Of a stretch of 64,000 nt of DNA, positions 1 through 14,005 are shown piece after piece; position 1 is the first letter of the stretch, and the number at the start of each line of letters is the position of its first letter. This stretch comes from the human T2T-CHM13v2.0 reference genome, Homo sapiens. The position numbers were made by a program, and so were the translations under genes. The stretch is taken from assembly GCF_009914755.1 (NCBI RefSeq), contig NC_060931.1. One strand, written 5' to 3'. The notes under the pieces were generated by a model that was not told the DNA's origin, did not search any database, and saw only the letters and a program-made list of their open reading frames with translations.

Positions 1-700
1 GTATTTTGAAGAGATCTCTATACTCCCATGTTCATTGCAGCATTATTCACAATAGCCAAGACATGGAAACAACCAAAGTATTTACTGATGGATGACTGGA
101 TAAAGAAATTGTGACTATATACATAATACACACACATACACAGTGAAACATTATTCAGTGCAAAGAAAGACAAGTATTATATGATCTCACTTATATGTGG
201 AATTTAAAAATTAAACTCATAGAAGCAGAGAGTAGAATGGTGGTTACCACGGGTTAGGGGGTGTGGGAAATGGGGAGATTTTGATCAAATGGCACAAAAT
301 TTCAATCGTAAGAGAAACAAGTTCTGGAGAACTAATGCATATTATGGGTGGTAATACATATGTTAATGACAGTTGTCTCTGAATATACATGGCAGATGGG
401 TTCCTGCATCCTTCACTCCCATACAAAAAAAATCCACTTTGACTCAAGTCCCACAGTTGGGCCTGCAGAACTGGCGTATAATATGCAGGTTTTGCATCCT
501 GTGAATACTGTATCATTGATTCATTTGGTTGAAAAAAATCCACTCATAAGTGAACCCATGGGTTCAAACCTGTGTTGTTCTAGAGTCAACTGTAATTTGA
601 TTGTGGTAATAATTACGTAATGTATACAAATATCAAATCATCATGTTGTATACCTTGAATATATTCAGTCTGTATTGACAAGTGCTTTAAAACTTAAAGT
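1..700 (+). mobile_element. Old L1 (L1MA/L1MB-type) 3' region, interrupted by MER8
   Basis: CCCATGTTCATTGCAGCATTATTCACAATAGCCAAG...ATGATCTCACTTATATGTGGAAT...GAGAGTAGAATGGTGGTTACC are L1M 3' motifs; the element resumes after 593. Confidence 0.8.
370..592 (+). mobile_element. MER8 (Tigger2-derived DNA MITE)
   Basis: Termini CAGTTG...CAACTG followed by TA; internal TTTGGTTGAAAAAAATCCACTCATAAGTGAACCC...TTCAAACCTGTGTTGTTC. Confidence 0.75.
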
Positions 701-1001
701 TTTAAAAAGAATTACCTTTGAAATTTCACATAAATTTTAAGTTTTAAAGTCAAGTTATACATGTACTTTTACATATACACACGTATTCTAAAACAGGAAT
801 ATTAACATTTATTTTACAGGATTGTTGTGCAGAGAAAGATAATGAATGTAAAGTGCTTAGTTCAGTGCCTAGGACATAGTAAGTTTTTAATAAATATCTC
901 AATATATAAATACACATGATCATAAATGTCACTCTTTATATTCTTGGCTCTTCACAACATACTCTAAAGATTCTCCACCTCCCCCACCCCACCCCCCCGC
1001 C

Positions 1002-1029
1002 CACACACACACACACACACACACACACA
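1002..1029. repeat. (CA)n microsatellite
   Basis: About 14 CA units after a C-rich tract. Confidence 0.95.
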
Positions 1030-1105
1030 AAGACTGATGATATAAAACAATAATGGAAGTGAAAAGAACCCATGAGGGAGGAGGGAAAAGTACACCTTCG
1101 AGCCC

Positions 1106-1942
<837 letters not shown>

Positions 1943-2204
1943 CACACTAAACAGTGACAACAGAAACTGATCCAAATAAATGATGATGGAATGAGACCAG
2001 AAAACAGGATTTTGGAGTTGTTGTGGACTCAGCCATTTCAACATGGAGCTCCAGCTTTCTGTCTACTTCCTTATTAATTGCTCAAACTCAACTTCTTTAA
2101 TAAAGTCTAATATTATTTATCACCATTCTACTCATCTCTTAAATGACTCCAGTGGACAAATGTAAGTATCATTATTGCTGATATTTATGTTTTAATTTAA
2201 TTTT

Positions 2205-2492
2205 CTTTTTCTATTTTTTTTTTTGGATTTGAAAAGTTTTTATTGTGATAAAATACATGTAACATGAAATATGCCATTTTAACCAGTTTAAGTGTATAAT
2301 TCAATGGTGTTAATTATATTCACACTGTTGTGCAGCCCTCACCACTATCTGTTTTCAAATCTTTTCCATCACCCTAAACACAGACTTTGTGACCTTTAGG
2401 CAGTAACTCCCTATTCCTCTCTTCTCCCAGCCCTTTGTCACCTCTAATCTACTTTCTGCCTCTATGAATATGTGTTTTCTAGATATTTCATG
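2205..2492 (-). mobile_element. L1MB-type 3' end
   Basis: TTTTTATTGTGATAAAATAC...AAGTGTATAATTCAATGG...TCTAATCTACTTTCTGCCTCTATGAAT. Confidence 0.75.
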
Positions 2493-3879
2493 AAACTACT
2501 AAAACTGTTTTAAAGTATTTCTTAAATGTGACAATAGTTATATCTTCTTATATGCGGTACTATTTTCTTTCCATATAATGGTTGTTAGATTGAGAGACCT
2601 TTTAAACATTAAAATGAATGTATTCATTGCACTTGAAATCATCTATCAGTTTGGAAAGAGATTTGGTAACTGCTTCTAAGTGGCTCACTCTTCAAGTAAT
2701 AAAACATTGCCACATTTCACAACACCTATTCATTATTTTAATCTCAATATCTCTGTTCTTCTCCCTCACCCTCTCTTTCTCTGTCATTCCCTCTCCAGTC
2801 AGGCAGATGGGAGCACAGTGCTTTTTAATTAGACAATAATCAAATGCTGTCACTAATAATACATCATGAATCTTTCCATTACTACTAATGAAAAGAAGCT
2901 TTCCGTGGGTGAGAGTGGGGAAGAACAAAAGTTAGAAGGATATATATTTTTTCTCCTTTTGAATGAACTTTCAAATAAATACACAAACAATATACTGATC
3001 TTTATTTGGTCATGTTGTTGGAAGATGAATGATTAAAGAAAATACTCTTCAAAGAACCTCATCAATAATTACATATATCTGACTTTAGAGTACAATTCTG
3101 CTTAAGATCTATCTGAAATGTAGGAGGAGAGCTATAAAACATTGAATATTTTTTACATGGAAGATAATTCACTTATTCTCTGCTGAATATGTGATTCAAA
3201 CAGGTTATGTTATTCAAATTTCTTATTTTAAGTTTAATTTATATTTTGTTTGTTAAAATAATAGCTTAATGTAAATTGAAGAAACATTTTCTAAAAAACA
3301 ATTATTTATCATTGCTCCCTAGATTCTTATAATAGTTACATGATAATGATTTTGTTGTTGTGATTCTGTTGTTATTTCTAGCAACAATGCTTCATAAGAA
3401 AAATGTATGAGAAAATGTGTGAGATGTATGCATGTATGAGAATTTCAACATGAAAACCACTTAAGTATTTTATGAAGAACACATATTTTAGAATAAAAAC
3501 TTGACTACTTAAAGATAACACTTTATACAACTGCCAAAACCTAACAAAATTAGAATAAAAAAGTCCTTTTTTATTTAAAAAATAATATTATCCAAAATTT
3601 CTCATGTTATTTTTCTTCCTTTTGCATCTAAAATAGGATGAATTAGTCCTATGGCCCCTTCTTTTACCACACTCGTCACCAAAAGTTTTGTATTTACATT
3701 CCTATGTCTTCAATTGTATGTAAGAAATTGGGGAAAAATGAATTGAGAAAAGAGATAATGATTCCAGTCTTGACTTTGCCATTATCTCTGAGACCTTGGC
3801 CATATTACCTCATTTTTCTGGGAGTCACCTTATTCAGCTACCAAATTAAGATTTGTACCAGTTTCGTTCAGCTACAGCA

Positions 3880-4330
3880 TTTTATAAGTCTCAGATATGA
3901 TATCCAGATCTTATATCTCCTGAATGCCAAAGCTTCCAGTATTCCTCTGTATCTATACATGTTTCCACTTGCTGATGCCTCACAGTCAAACTTATTCAAA
4001 CTAATGAATCAGCTCTTATCTATGTAGCCATTCTCTGCTTTCCCTGATCAGGACATTATAATTTTCCATTATCCAGACTTGGGAATCCATAATTGCTTGA
4101 CTCCTTCCTTCCTTTTACCTTCAACATCAAATCAGTTGCAAAATGGTTTCTCTTTCTGTCTCTCTGTCTCTCTCTGTCTCCCTCTCCCTTCCCTCTGTCT
4201 GTTTTACTAGTCTATTACCTTCAAAATTTCATCTCCACCATGCTATTTCTGATCTTTATTGCTACTCACTTGGACAATTGTTAAGGTTCCAATTTTATGT
4301 CCCTGCGGACAGCCTCCCTGCCATCTAGTG
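3880..4330 (+). mobile_element. L2 fragment, degraded
   Basis: CTTGACTCCTTCCTT...CATCAAATCAGTTGC...CTACTCACTTGGACAATTG resemble the L2 3' region. Confidence 0.5.
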
Positions 4331-7300
4331 ATAGCTGGAAATATTACAAGAAGGCAGGAATAATGCCATTCTCACCTATAGTATATAAGATAATATACAA
4401 TATTAAAAAATTAGAGATGTCAGTTTACCCAAACTTTTGAATATCTCATAAATTAGTTAAAATTACAGCCCATTAAAATTATGGTTAAACTAACAGCCAT
4501 CATAATATAATGTGGAGCAAATATTTTCCTAGCTTATGAATCATTCTCAGAAAACCTTATTGAGTACATTCAATGTACCAAATACTGTGCTAGATGTTAA
4601 GAAAAGAGAGATAATATTTTCTGCCTTTAAGAGCCTACTGCCTTGTAGAGAAGATAGAAATGTAAACAAAGATAAATGGCAATATGAATAGAACAAAATC
4701 CTGCATTGGAGGAGAAACATACATTATGCTTGATATTTAGCTTTTTGCAGCTTCAATTACCAAGAAAGAACATTTGTAATGCAAACAAAGCTGCTGCCCT
4801 CTATTTATCTTGTTACTTTGTTGTAAGAATTTAGTGAAACATATTAATTCTAAATTGCTTAGGAAGTACCTAGTATTACTGTAATGCAACTACAGATGCT
4901 GTGATATTATAATTTTGAAGCTGAAATTCAGTTTTATTTTTAATTTTTAATAAAACTAAAGCTATTAAAAACTATTTTAACATAAATTTTTTTAATTTTT
5001 AGTAAATATTTTATTACAATATTTAATTTTAATAATAAAAATTTTTTATTGAAATCATGATCATGCAATCAAACTATATGTGGAGATTCCAGGTAAAAAG
5101 AACTTCAGAGCAATTAAAACAAGTCCCATTTAGATATTTGTTTCTAAAACTTCTACAATTAAATCTCAATACCATTTGGGGGGTACTAAATATAGAAAAT
5201 TAATTCAGCATACTATTAAATACAAATTAAACACATATAATTGTGGAAAAGAACCTTATCTTTCTAGTATATGTCTAGGCTAACACTTTATAATTGCAAG
5301 GAAACCATAAGGAATTTCAAGACAACTCATTATTAAAATAATTTTCTCATTATATCCTTGTAAAATTTCTAGTATCTAATGTGTGAAATACATTTACTAT
5401 TTTTTATTACAAGGTTCATTCAGGCCAGGAAAGAGTGAGAGAGAGGGAGAGACAGAAACAGAGAGAGACAAAGAGACTCCTAATAGACATCCGGATAACT
5501 ACATTTGTTTCATAGGTAAAAACTGATCCTCTAGACACACAAAAGTTAGTACATCCTAGAATTATTTGTACTAAGGAATTTCGTTGACCTGTCTGAGGAA
5601 CATTATGATATAAATTACCTTTGATAAAAATCTAGTGAGGCCCAATTATGTAAAAGTATATCCAGATAAAATGCCCAGATAGGCTGCATGGACACCTATG
5701 AGACGTAGAATGAGTGTCAAAGAACAGTGTCTACTGATCTGATCCACACCAGCCATTAAAATCTTTTAAAGGAACTTTTCTCATGGAGAAACTTAATGGA
5801 ACAATGATTGATGAATTTCTTTTTATTTTACACGTTCAGTGGTATAGGCCAATGTGGGAAAATTAGATGAATTGTCACTAGATATTTGAAAATCATAAAA
5901 TAACTAACAAAAGGTGATACTTCAAAAACAAACAAACATTAAAATCCATCTGCTTGGAAAAAGAGAATATTCTTGATCCAAATACTGCATGAAGCACATA
6001 CTTCACACTCTGGCCTTTGCCATTTGTGTATTCACAGGAAGAAAGGAGAAACATACCACTAATGAAAGAAAAATTTCTTTAGGTTTTATAGCCTGAACAA
6101 TAACCAAATATCTACTGAGTTACTTTAATAAGGTGGTAATCACAAAATATCACCTAAAGAAATGTAAGCAAAAACACAAATCTTAGTGGTCTCTAGCTGA
6201 AGGATAAAATCAATCCAATAAACAGTTGAATAAAGTACATCTGAAACTACTCCTTGATCATGTCACCACGTTAGTATTTTGAGTCCCTTAGAGACCCTTG
6301 CTGAAATCCTACTGTACTTAACAAAATGTACCGGTTTGAAAAAGAGGTTCATTTGTTACTATCAAACCTAAAAAGACACGTAAAAATTGAGAGATATCAC
6401 CAAGTATAAGTGCTAAGTAGTATCGAGACATTTTATGGAATAGAAGACAGAGTTTCTAAGGACTATTTTCTTTTTTATCTATGACAACTTTTAACTTGAT
6501 AGATTTGGATGAGGAGTCAGTCAGGCAAGAGTATAGTTGGTCCATTTCTGAGGACCTCAGTGAGATTAGGCCTTGCTCAATTATAACAGGTGTCACTTAG
6601 ATGAGTTGGTCTTTTGTTTCGCACTTTCACCCCAAAGAAACCTGAATTCTAAACTGAATTCTAAACATTTTTAATATACAAAATGACTGCAGTAAAGATA
6701 GTAAACAGCAAAAATCCATGAGTTCTAAAACATGACAAGTGTTGTTTCTGTCCAAACTAAATTAAATGACACTAAGGACTGATAGGATCAAAGTAGAATA
6801 TTACTTTGAAATAGTCCCTAGACTTTTAATGCATTTTTAAACCCTACACATCAAAACAGTAAGTCACAGTGATGTTCTCTGTGTAATGACAAGTTAAAAT
6901 TTCGGGAAATTACTCATATGTATATACACACATACACACACATATAAATACCTTGATTTAATATGATTATGACATTTTAAATAATTATAAATATTAGCAC
7001 ATAAAGCCTACTTAATTTAAGTCTTCTAAACACATGTAATATGTCTAAGGGATTTTCTTTGATATATCTTTTATAGTTTACCAGGAAATAGGAGGTAGAA
7101 ATGAAAGACAATAATGTGTGTAAGCAAAGAGTGTTAAAGAATTTTACACAGGAAAACTTTTTTTCACTTGCAGACCATTTTAAATATAATAAACCATAAT
7201 TTTACTATAAATATTGAGAATGAATTAAAAATTGATGGCTAGTAATGCTTTGTATTTAATGACTAACACTGTATTATCTCAGCATGCCTCTGCAGACCAT

Positions 7301-7477
7301 TCCTACACACCAGTTTCTTGGATTTAAAAAAAAAAAAAAACTCATACCTTTCGCAAGTCTCCTATAACAGTTCATATTGAAATGTTTATAAATCATTATA
7401 TTCTCATAATTTATTCTTTCTATGCAGTTTTTCAACAAAAGAATCTTTCAAAGGGTAAATGGTGGAGCCATTCACTT

Positions 7478-7763
7478 CTTTTTTTTTTTGAGATGGACTT
7501 TTGCTCTGGTGCCCAGGGCGGAGTGCAGTGGCAAGATCTCTGCAACCTCCAGCTCCCAGGTTCAAGCAATTCTCCTGCCTCAGCCTCCCAAGTAGCTGGG
7601 ATTACAGGTGCCTGCCACCACACCCAGCTAATTTTTGTATTTTTAGTAGAGACAGAGTTTCACCATGTTGGCCAGGCTGGTCTTGAACTCCTGACCTCAG
7701 GTGATCCGCCTGGCTCAGCCTCCCAAAGTGCCGGGATTACAGGCCTGAGCCACCGCACCTGGC
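7478..7763 (-). mobile_element. AluS (Sx/Sz-like)
   Basis: Dimer with poly-T; CTGACCTCAGGTGATCC. Confidence 0.92.
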
Positions 7764-7829
7764 AGAGAAATTTCACTTCTTAAAACCTCATGCAAAACAT
7801 TTGTTTTCTGTTTAATGTTATTTTCCTTT

Positions 7830-7905
7830 TTTTTTTTTTTTGCAGTTTTTTTTTATTATACTTTAAGTTTTAGGGTACATGTGCACAATGTGCATGTTAG
7901 TTACA
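7830..7905 (-). mobile_element. Very short 5'-truncated young L1PA insertion
   Basis: TTATTATACTTTAAGTTTTAGGGTACATGTGCACAATGTGCATGTTAGTTACA plus poly-T; TSD TATTTTCCTTT at 7819-7829 and 7906-7916. Confidence 0.88.
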
Positions 7906-8983
7906 TATTTTCCTTTGGCCAAAACCAAACAAAAAAGCAAATAAACAAACAAATCTCTCTAATCTTTCTAATCCTATGTTTAGCAATGAATGACAATTTT
8001 CTGAGGAACATGTGACCTTCCTACCTTTAAGGAGCTATCCAATAATCAGCTCTTAAACCTCTATTTATTCTAGATATAATAAGGTATACATGTGGAATAG
8101 TAAACACTATAAATCTAACATGGTTACTCTCGACATTTTTTGAGCATTGCTCTTACATTTAGAGCATAATAGCCTGCTTTAAACAATTAAAAGTATAATA
8201 ATTTTAAAATTAAAAATGCATTGATATATATATATATTTTGCATATAGCATCTGTATGTAAAACTGCTAAGAGTTTCAGAAACACCTAAAATTCTTTCTT
8301 TTTGACTAAAATATGACTATAGTCTACATATAGGAAGCCCTTTTCATAGAAGCTAACATATAGAGTATAGCAAAGAAGTGGTATTTGCTACCTCATGAAA
8401 GAGTCCTGCTACCTTTTAATAATTGTTTCCGCTTCTTTGGTCTGTACTGCTCTATTGTTACCTCTTCTCTTTTCCAGCTTGTGTGACAAACAGGTCCAGA
8501 GAAGAAGGCAAAGGGCTCGTTCTTAGTCATTAACAATAGGATTCAATTGCAAAGGGGTCATCATAAACTCATGAATGCTTCATAACCTTTCTCATCTACC
8601 ACTCCTTCCCTGGTCTCGTCCTGACTGCTTTCTGTTGTAGTAGTTGTTGCTGTTGTTATTACTGTTAGACTTTTTAAGTGGTTTCATCATCAAAAAAATA
8701 AGTGTGGAAGCCAGAACCAGCTTCTGCCAGACTTCATGCCAAGTTTAAAAAATGAAAACAATGAATAACTCTAACCACAAATAAAAATGCTTAAGGAATA
8801 CATGCATTATTTTAGTAATAAAGGCAATCAGGTCTAGATAAGGTTCAGTCAAATGAGAAGCACAGATATTTGTTAGTGCCAGGAGGCGTTCTCCCTGTTG
8901 TGTTCTGACTTGAGTAGTTTCCAGCTCTCATGGAATCTAATCACACCTGAATTAATCATTTCCACAAATGGATTATTGTTTTC

Positions 8984-9093
8984 TATAAAAGTCAGCAAAG
9001 TGAATATATAAAAAGAAGACTTATTTCAAGGAAGTAACAAGCAGAAAGTCATGAGATTCATCACAATAAATGTTCAAGTTAGAACAGGTAAGT
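8984..9093 (+). promoter_or_regulatory. Candidate TATA promoter and short first exon
   Basis: TATAAAA at 8984, TATATAAAA at 9005, ATG at 9051, consensus donor CAG|GTAAGT at 9087/9088, all in non-repeat DNA. Confidence 0.2.
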
Positions 9094-9611
9094 CTAAAAA
9101 TGCAGACGCTTAATGGGAAATACCCAAATCCTCTCAACAATTGATTGATGGAGAAGGGTAGGACAGAAAAAGGCGGTTAGAGGTCAATTCAAGGTCGGTA
9201 ATTGCATTTTAAAGCAGTCTATGCAGAGCCATTTCCAGCACTCAGAGTACAGGAAAATATTCTGCCCTGCCTTCTGTGCTCTTGAGTCCCTCAGATACCT
9301 CCTAATAATGGCTATAAAGAGAAATAAATCATTAAATTCTCAAATATAAACAGATAAATGGAAATTGTACCTATCACTGTCATCCTATAATCAACAAACA
9401 TATATTATTAAAACATCAAAATGAAGGCATTTAGCAAAGAGATTTGCTAGATACCAAAAGCACTCAAGCCTCACTCTCAAGGAGTTATTTTCAAGTAGAA
9501 TTTACAATAGTCTGGTAGCTCTGCACCAGCTCTTATTTATAGTCCCAAAATAGCCTAAGTCAACCTTTGCTGCCCTATTTTTTGAACAGAAATTGTGAAG
9601 ATGCACCCTAA

Positions 9612-10052
<441 letters not shown>

Positions 10053-10917
10053 TAATATAAACCTATTTTTGCAGAACTTGGCATTTATAAAATAATACCA
10101 GCAAATCAAAGATATAAGCTTATGAATACAACTATCTTAAACATTGTTAAAACTATACATAGGCAATGCTTAGAGAAAGCAAGTTACTGAAAGATTCTCA
10201 TCAGAAGTCTTTAAATCCAAGCAAGATAGCAGAGACAAGGTTAATATACAAATTTATAATAAATAACATTCCAAACATCATTATTTTGCACTACCATTTG
10301 ACATAATTTTGCTATCAGAGCCATATATATGGAGGGATGGAATTAAAATTAGGACTACATTAAAAAATTGATTTCTGTATTTCAATGTGGTAACATCACA
10401 TGAATACCAATACATGCAACAGCAATATATTCAACACAATTGTTAACCACTCAACCAGTGTTCACTTAAAACCAACATAAAAACTACAGTATGGCCTATA
10501 AAAATAAGCCAGAAATTATTTTTATTCTTATTTCTAAACCGGGTCAACTGAAATAAAAATAGAAGTAGTGATGAATAACCAGCTTTCATTTTGCCTTCCT
10601 GTTATTCAAGGGGTAGAAATAACTCTGCTGGAACCATTGAGGGGGAGGAGAAGGAAGAAGAAGAAGAAGAAAAGAAAAACTCTTCTTTCAGCACTTCCTT
10701 CCGATTTCCAGTTTTTAAATTTTTCTAAATATTTTGTTTGAATATAAAATAGCTAACTGGTTTCTGGAGGCCTCATCCTGGGAAATTAACTCTAAAATCT
10801 ATGTTCATACACATTTTTTGTTGGTGGCTGTGACTGTTTCTCAGCAGGAATATAATATCTTGTTCAGCACACACCCAGATTAAATAAAATTACATAATGA
10901 AGAGAGGATTTTTTTAT

Positions 10918-11657
10918 TTCAATATTTATTTTAAGTTCTGGGGTACATGTACAGAATGTGCAGGTTTGTTACATAGGTAAACATGTGCCATTGTGGTTTG
11001 CTGCACCTATCAACCCATTACTTAAGTATTAAGCCTAGCATGCATTAGCTATTTTTCCTAATGCTCTCCCTCCTCCTAACTCACCCCCCCACAGACCCCA
11101 ATGTTGTTGTTCCCCTCCCTGTGTCCATGTGTTCTCATTTTTCAGCTCCCACTTATAAGTGAGAACATGTGGTGTTTGATTTTCTGTTACTGAGTTAGTT
11201 TGCTAAGGATAATGGTTTCCAGCTCCATCATGTCCCTGCAAAAGACATGATCTCATTCCTTTTCATGGCTGCATAGTATTCCATGGTGTATATGTAACAC
11301 ATTTTCTTAATCCAGTCTATCATTGATGGGCATTTGAGTTGATTCCTTGTCTTTGCTACTGTGAATAGTGCTGCAATGAACATACGCATGCATGCATCTT
11401 TGTAACAGAAGGATTTCTATTCCTTTGGGTATATATCCAGTAATGGGATTGCTGGGTCAAATGGAATTTCTGGTTCTAGATATCTGAGGAATCACCACAC
11501 TGTCTTCCACAATGGTTGAGCTACTTTACATTCCCACTAACAGTGTAAAAGCATTCCTCTTTCTCCATAACCTCACCAGCACCTGTTGTTTTTTGAATTT
11601 TTAATAATCGCCATTCTGTCGTGAGATGGTATGTCATTGTGGTTTCAATTTGCATTT
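10918..11657 (-). mobile_element. L1PA (about L1PA8) 3' fragment
   Basis: L1 3'UTR and ORF2 end; 18-bp TSD AAGAGAGGATTTTTTTAT at 10900-10917 and 11658-11675. Confidence 0.92.
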
Positions 11658-11957
11658 AAGAGAGGATTTTTTTATACTTAATAAGCAAAGCAATGTTTAT
11701 TTGCCCTCAAAATATGTTAATATTCAGGTGAACTCAAATCTGCCCATCATAAAAGCTCATTTTAAAGTCCATTTCCGTATGTCATTTGAATGCTCTCCCC
11801 AATGTTGTGAACTCTAGCTTCTTACTCAATTCAGAATTCTTACTTTTATGCCAGTTTTACCTTTAATAAAGATAAATATTATCAAATATTAGTGAACATA
11901 TTTTTAATGTTTCCTGGATATCTTTAGAAATATATCCTAATTTAAAATACTGAATTA

Positions 11958-12286
11958 CAATGGTTCCCCCTTATCTGTGGGGGGTACTTTCAAGACTCCC
12001 AGTGGATGCCTGAAACCATGGATAGTGCTGAATCCTATATGTACTATCTTTTTCCCCATATATACATACCTATGAAAAAGTTTAATTTATAAATTAGGCA
12101 TGGTAAGAGATTAGCAACAATAACTAATAATAAAATAAAAATAATTATAATAATATACTGTAATAAAAGTTATGTAAATATGGTCTGTCTCTCAAAATAT
12201 TGTATTGTATTCACCTATTTTTGAACCACGGTTTATGGGTAACTGAAATGTAGAAAGTAAAACCACTGATAAGGGGTGGACTACTG
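11958..12286 (-). mobile_element. MER44A-like (Tigger7-derived MITE)
   Basis: TIRs CAATGGTTCCCCCTTATC...GATAAGGGGTGGACTACTG flanked by TA. Confidence 0.8.
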
Positions 12287-13658
12287 TATTATATTGATTT
12301 CTGCTTTCAGGATTTAAAGTGATAATCTGACAAAGTAGAAAAATAATTAATGTATTTCCAACATTTTGTAATTTTGTGTTCTTTTGTTTGAACTAAAACA
12401 ACATACACACATACAAACATACAAATAAACTTTGTACTACAAGACCAGGACCTCACAACATATCAATGTTTTCATATTACTCTAATTGCCAAATACAGAT
12501 TTTATAATTAGTGGGAATAAAATTAATGTACATGTATTCCATACAGAAATTTAACAATGTAAAGATGAACTTAATGAATGAATCATTTTAGATAGTCTAC
12601 ACAAGGTTAGACTCCAAATACCTTCAGCATCATATCACCATGGTGCCACATAATCTGAATGAAAATGGAAAATACCCAGACTATATTTAAATACTTGAAA
12701 ATGAGGAAAAAATATCTGAAAAATTTAGACCTGATGATGTCTTAAATCTCACAAATTATCCAAAATTTTTGTGAAATAGATCCAACTGTATACATTAAAC
12801 TATTTTAAACAAATATTGAAGTTAACTTAGATTGCTATTTTTCCTATGGTACTGTATCTGTCATATAATCACAGGAATTTAGAGCTACAATAGGTTGAGT
12901 ATATAGATATTTGAGCCAGCCATAATTTGGTTAAAATATTAATTTTTTGTTTCATTTATTGCTTCCTAACACCTATGCTAATTATCACTAATCTATTCTT
13001 TGCATTGCATAATTGCTTCTATCAACTAGATTCAAAGCTTAAGAAAAAGAAGTTATTTTTTGATACCATATAATACCTAGAATAATATTCCTATTAAATA
13101 TTTGATGATTGTAAATGAGTAAAAAATAAATATTTTAACAAAATGACTGTCAAAATTATTAATGTATATATTTTACCATTAAACGGGAACAAGAAATTGC
13201 AGTTTCTGTTTATATATGAAAAAGACCAAAGATATTAGATGAAATGATACTGATTGTTTTAAGGTAGTAATTTCCTAAGAAATTTTCCTCCATTTATCTT
13301 ATACATTTCCTATACTATACACACACACACACACACGCACACACATATGTAAAATCCTCAACAATAAAAATTTTTCATACGGGGAATGATTTGTTAAAAT
13401 ATGCAATAGAAAAAACACTACTCTCAATAATAAATCATTTTATTTTTGACTTATAATACTTATATATATTTTATAGATGTTTCATACATAGAACGTGTGT
13501 AAAAATATTTTGCTTTATATTAAAAGAAAAGCTAAATGGATAACCATAGATGAGAAGTCACAGTAATATAAAAATTTTCATGTTTTGAAATTAATTTATA
13601 GATTCAAGTCAACTATAATAAAAATCGTACATACTTGGAACTTGGAAAAGAAAAATAT

Positions 13659-14005
13659 CAGAGATAGAGAGTAGAATTATGGTTACACGAGGCTAGGAAG
13701 CACAGTGAGGAGGTGGATATGAAGAAGGGATGATTAATGGGTAGAAAATAGAGTTAGAAATAATATCTGATGTTGGTAGTACAATAGGGTGACTACAGTT
13801 AACATCAATTTATTATATATTTCAAAATAGCTAAAAGAGTAGAATTGGAATGCTCCTAACACAAAGAAATGATTAAGCCTTGAAGTGATAGATACCCTAA
13901 TTACTCCGATTTGATCATTACACATTATAAGCTTGTATCAAAATACAGCATGTACCACCCCATAAATATGTATAATTATTATGTACTCATGATTAAAAAT
14001 AAAAA
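13659..14005 (+). mobile_element. L1MA 3' end within older L1ME-like debris (about 13500-14600)
   Basis: GAGAGTAGAATTATGGTTAC...TAGGGTGACTACAGTTAAC...CCCATAAATATGTATAATTATTATG. Confidence 0.8.

Noticed and set aside
7348-7361. 14-nt minus-strand microexon-like GAGACTTGCGAAAG with gtatga donor
   Set aside because: The acceptor lacks a pyrimidine tract and the length is not a multiple of 3; not distinguishable from chance.
8400-8700. Exon-like unique sequence with an acceptor at about 8477 (+) and weak donors (-)
   Set aside because: No consistent acceptor-donor pair or long open frame.
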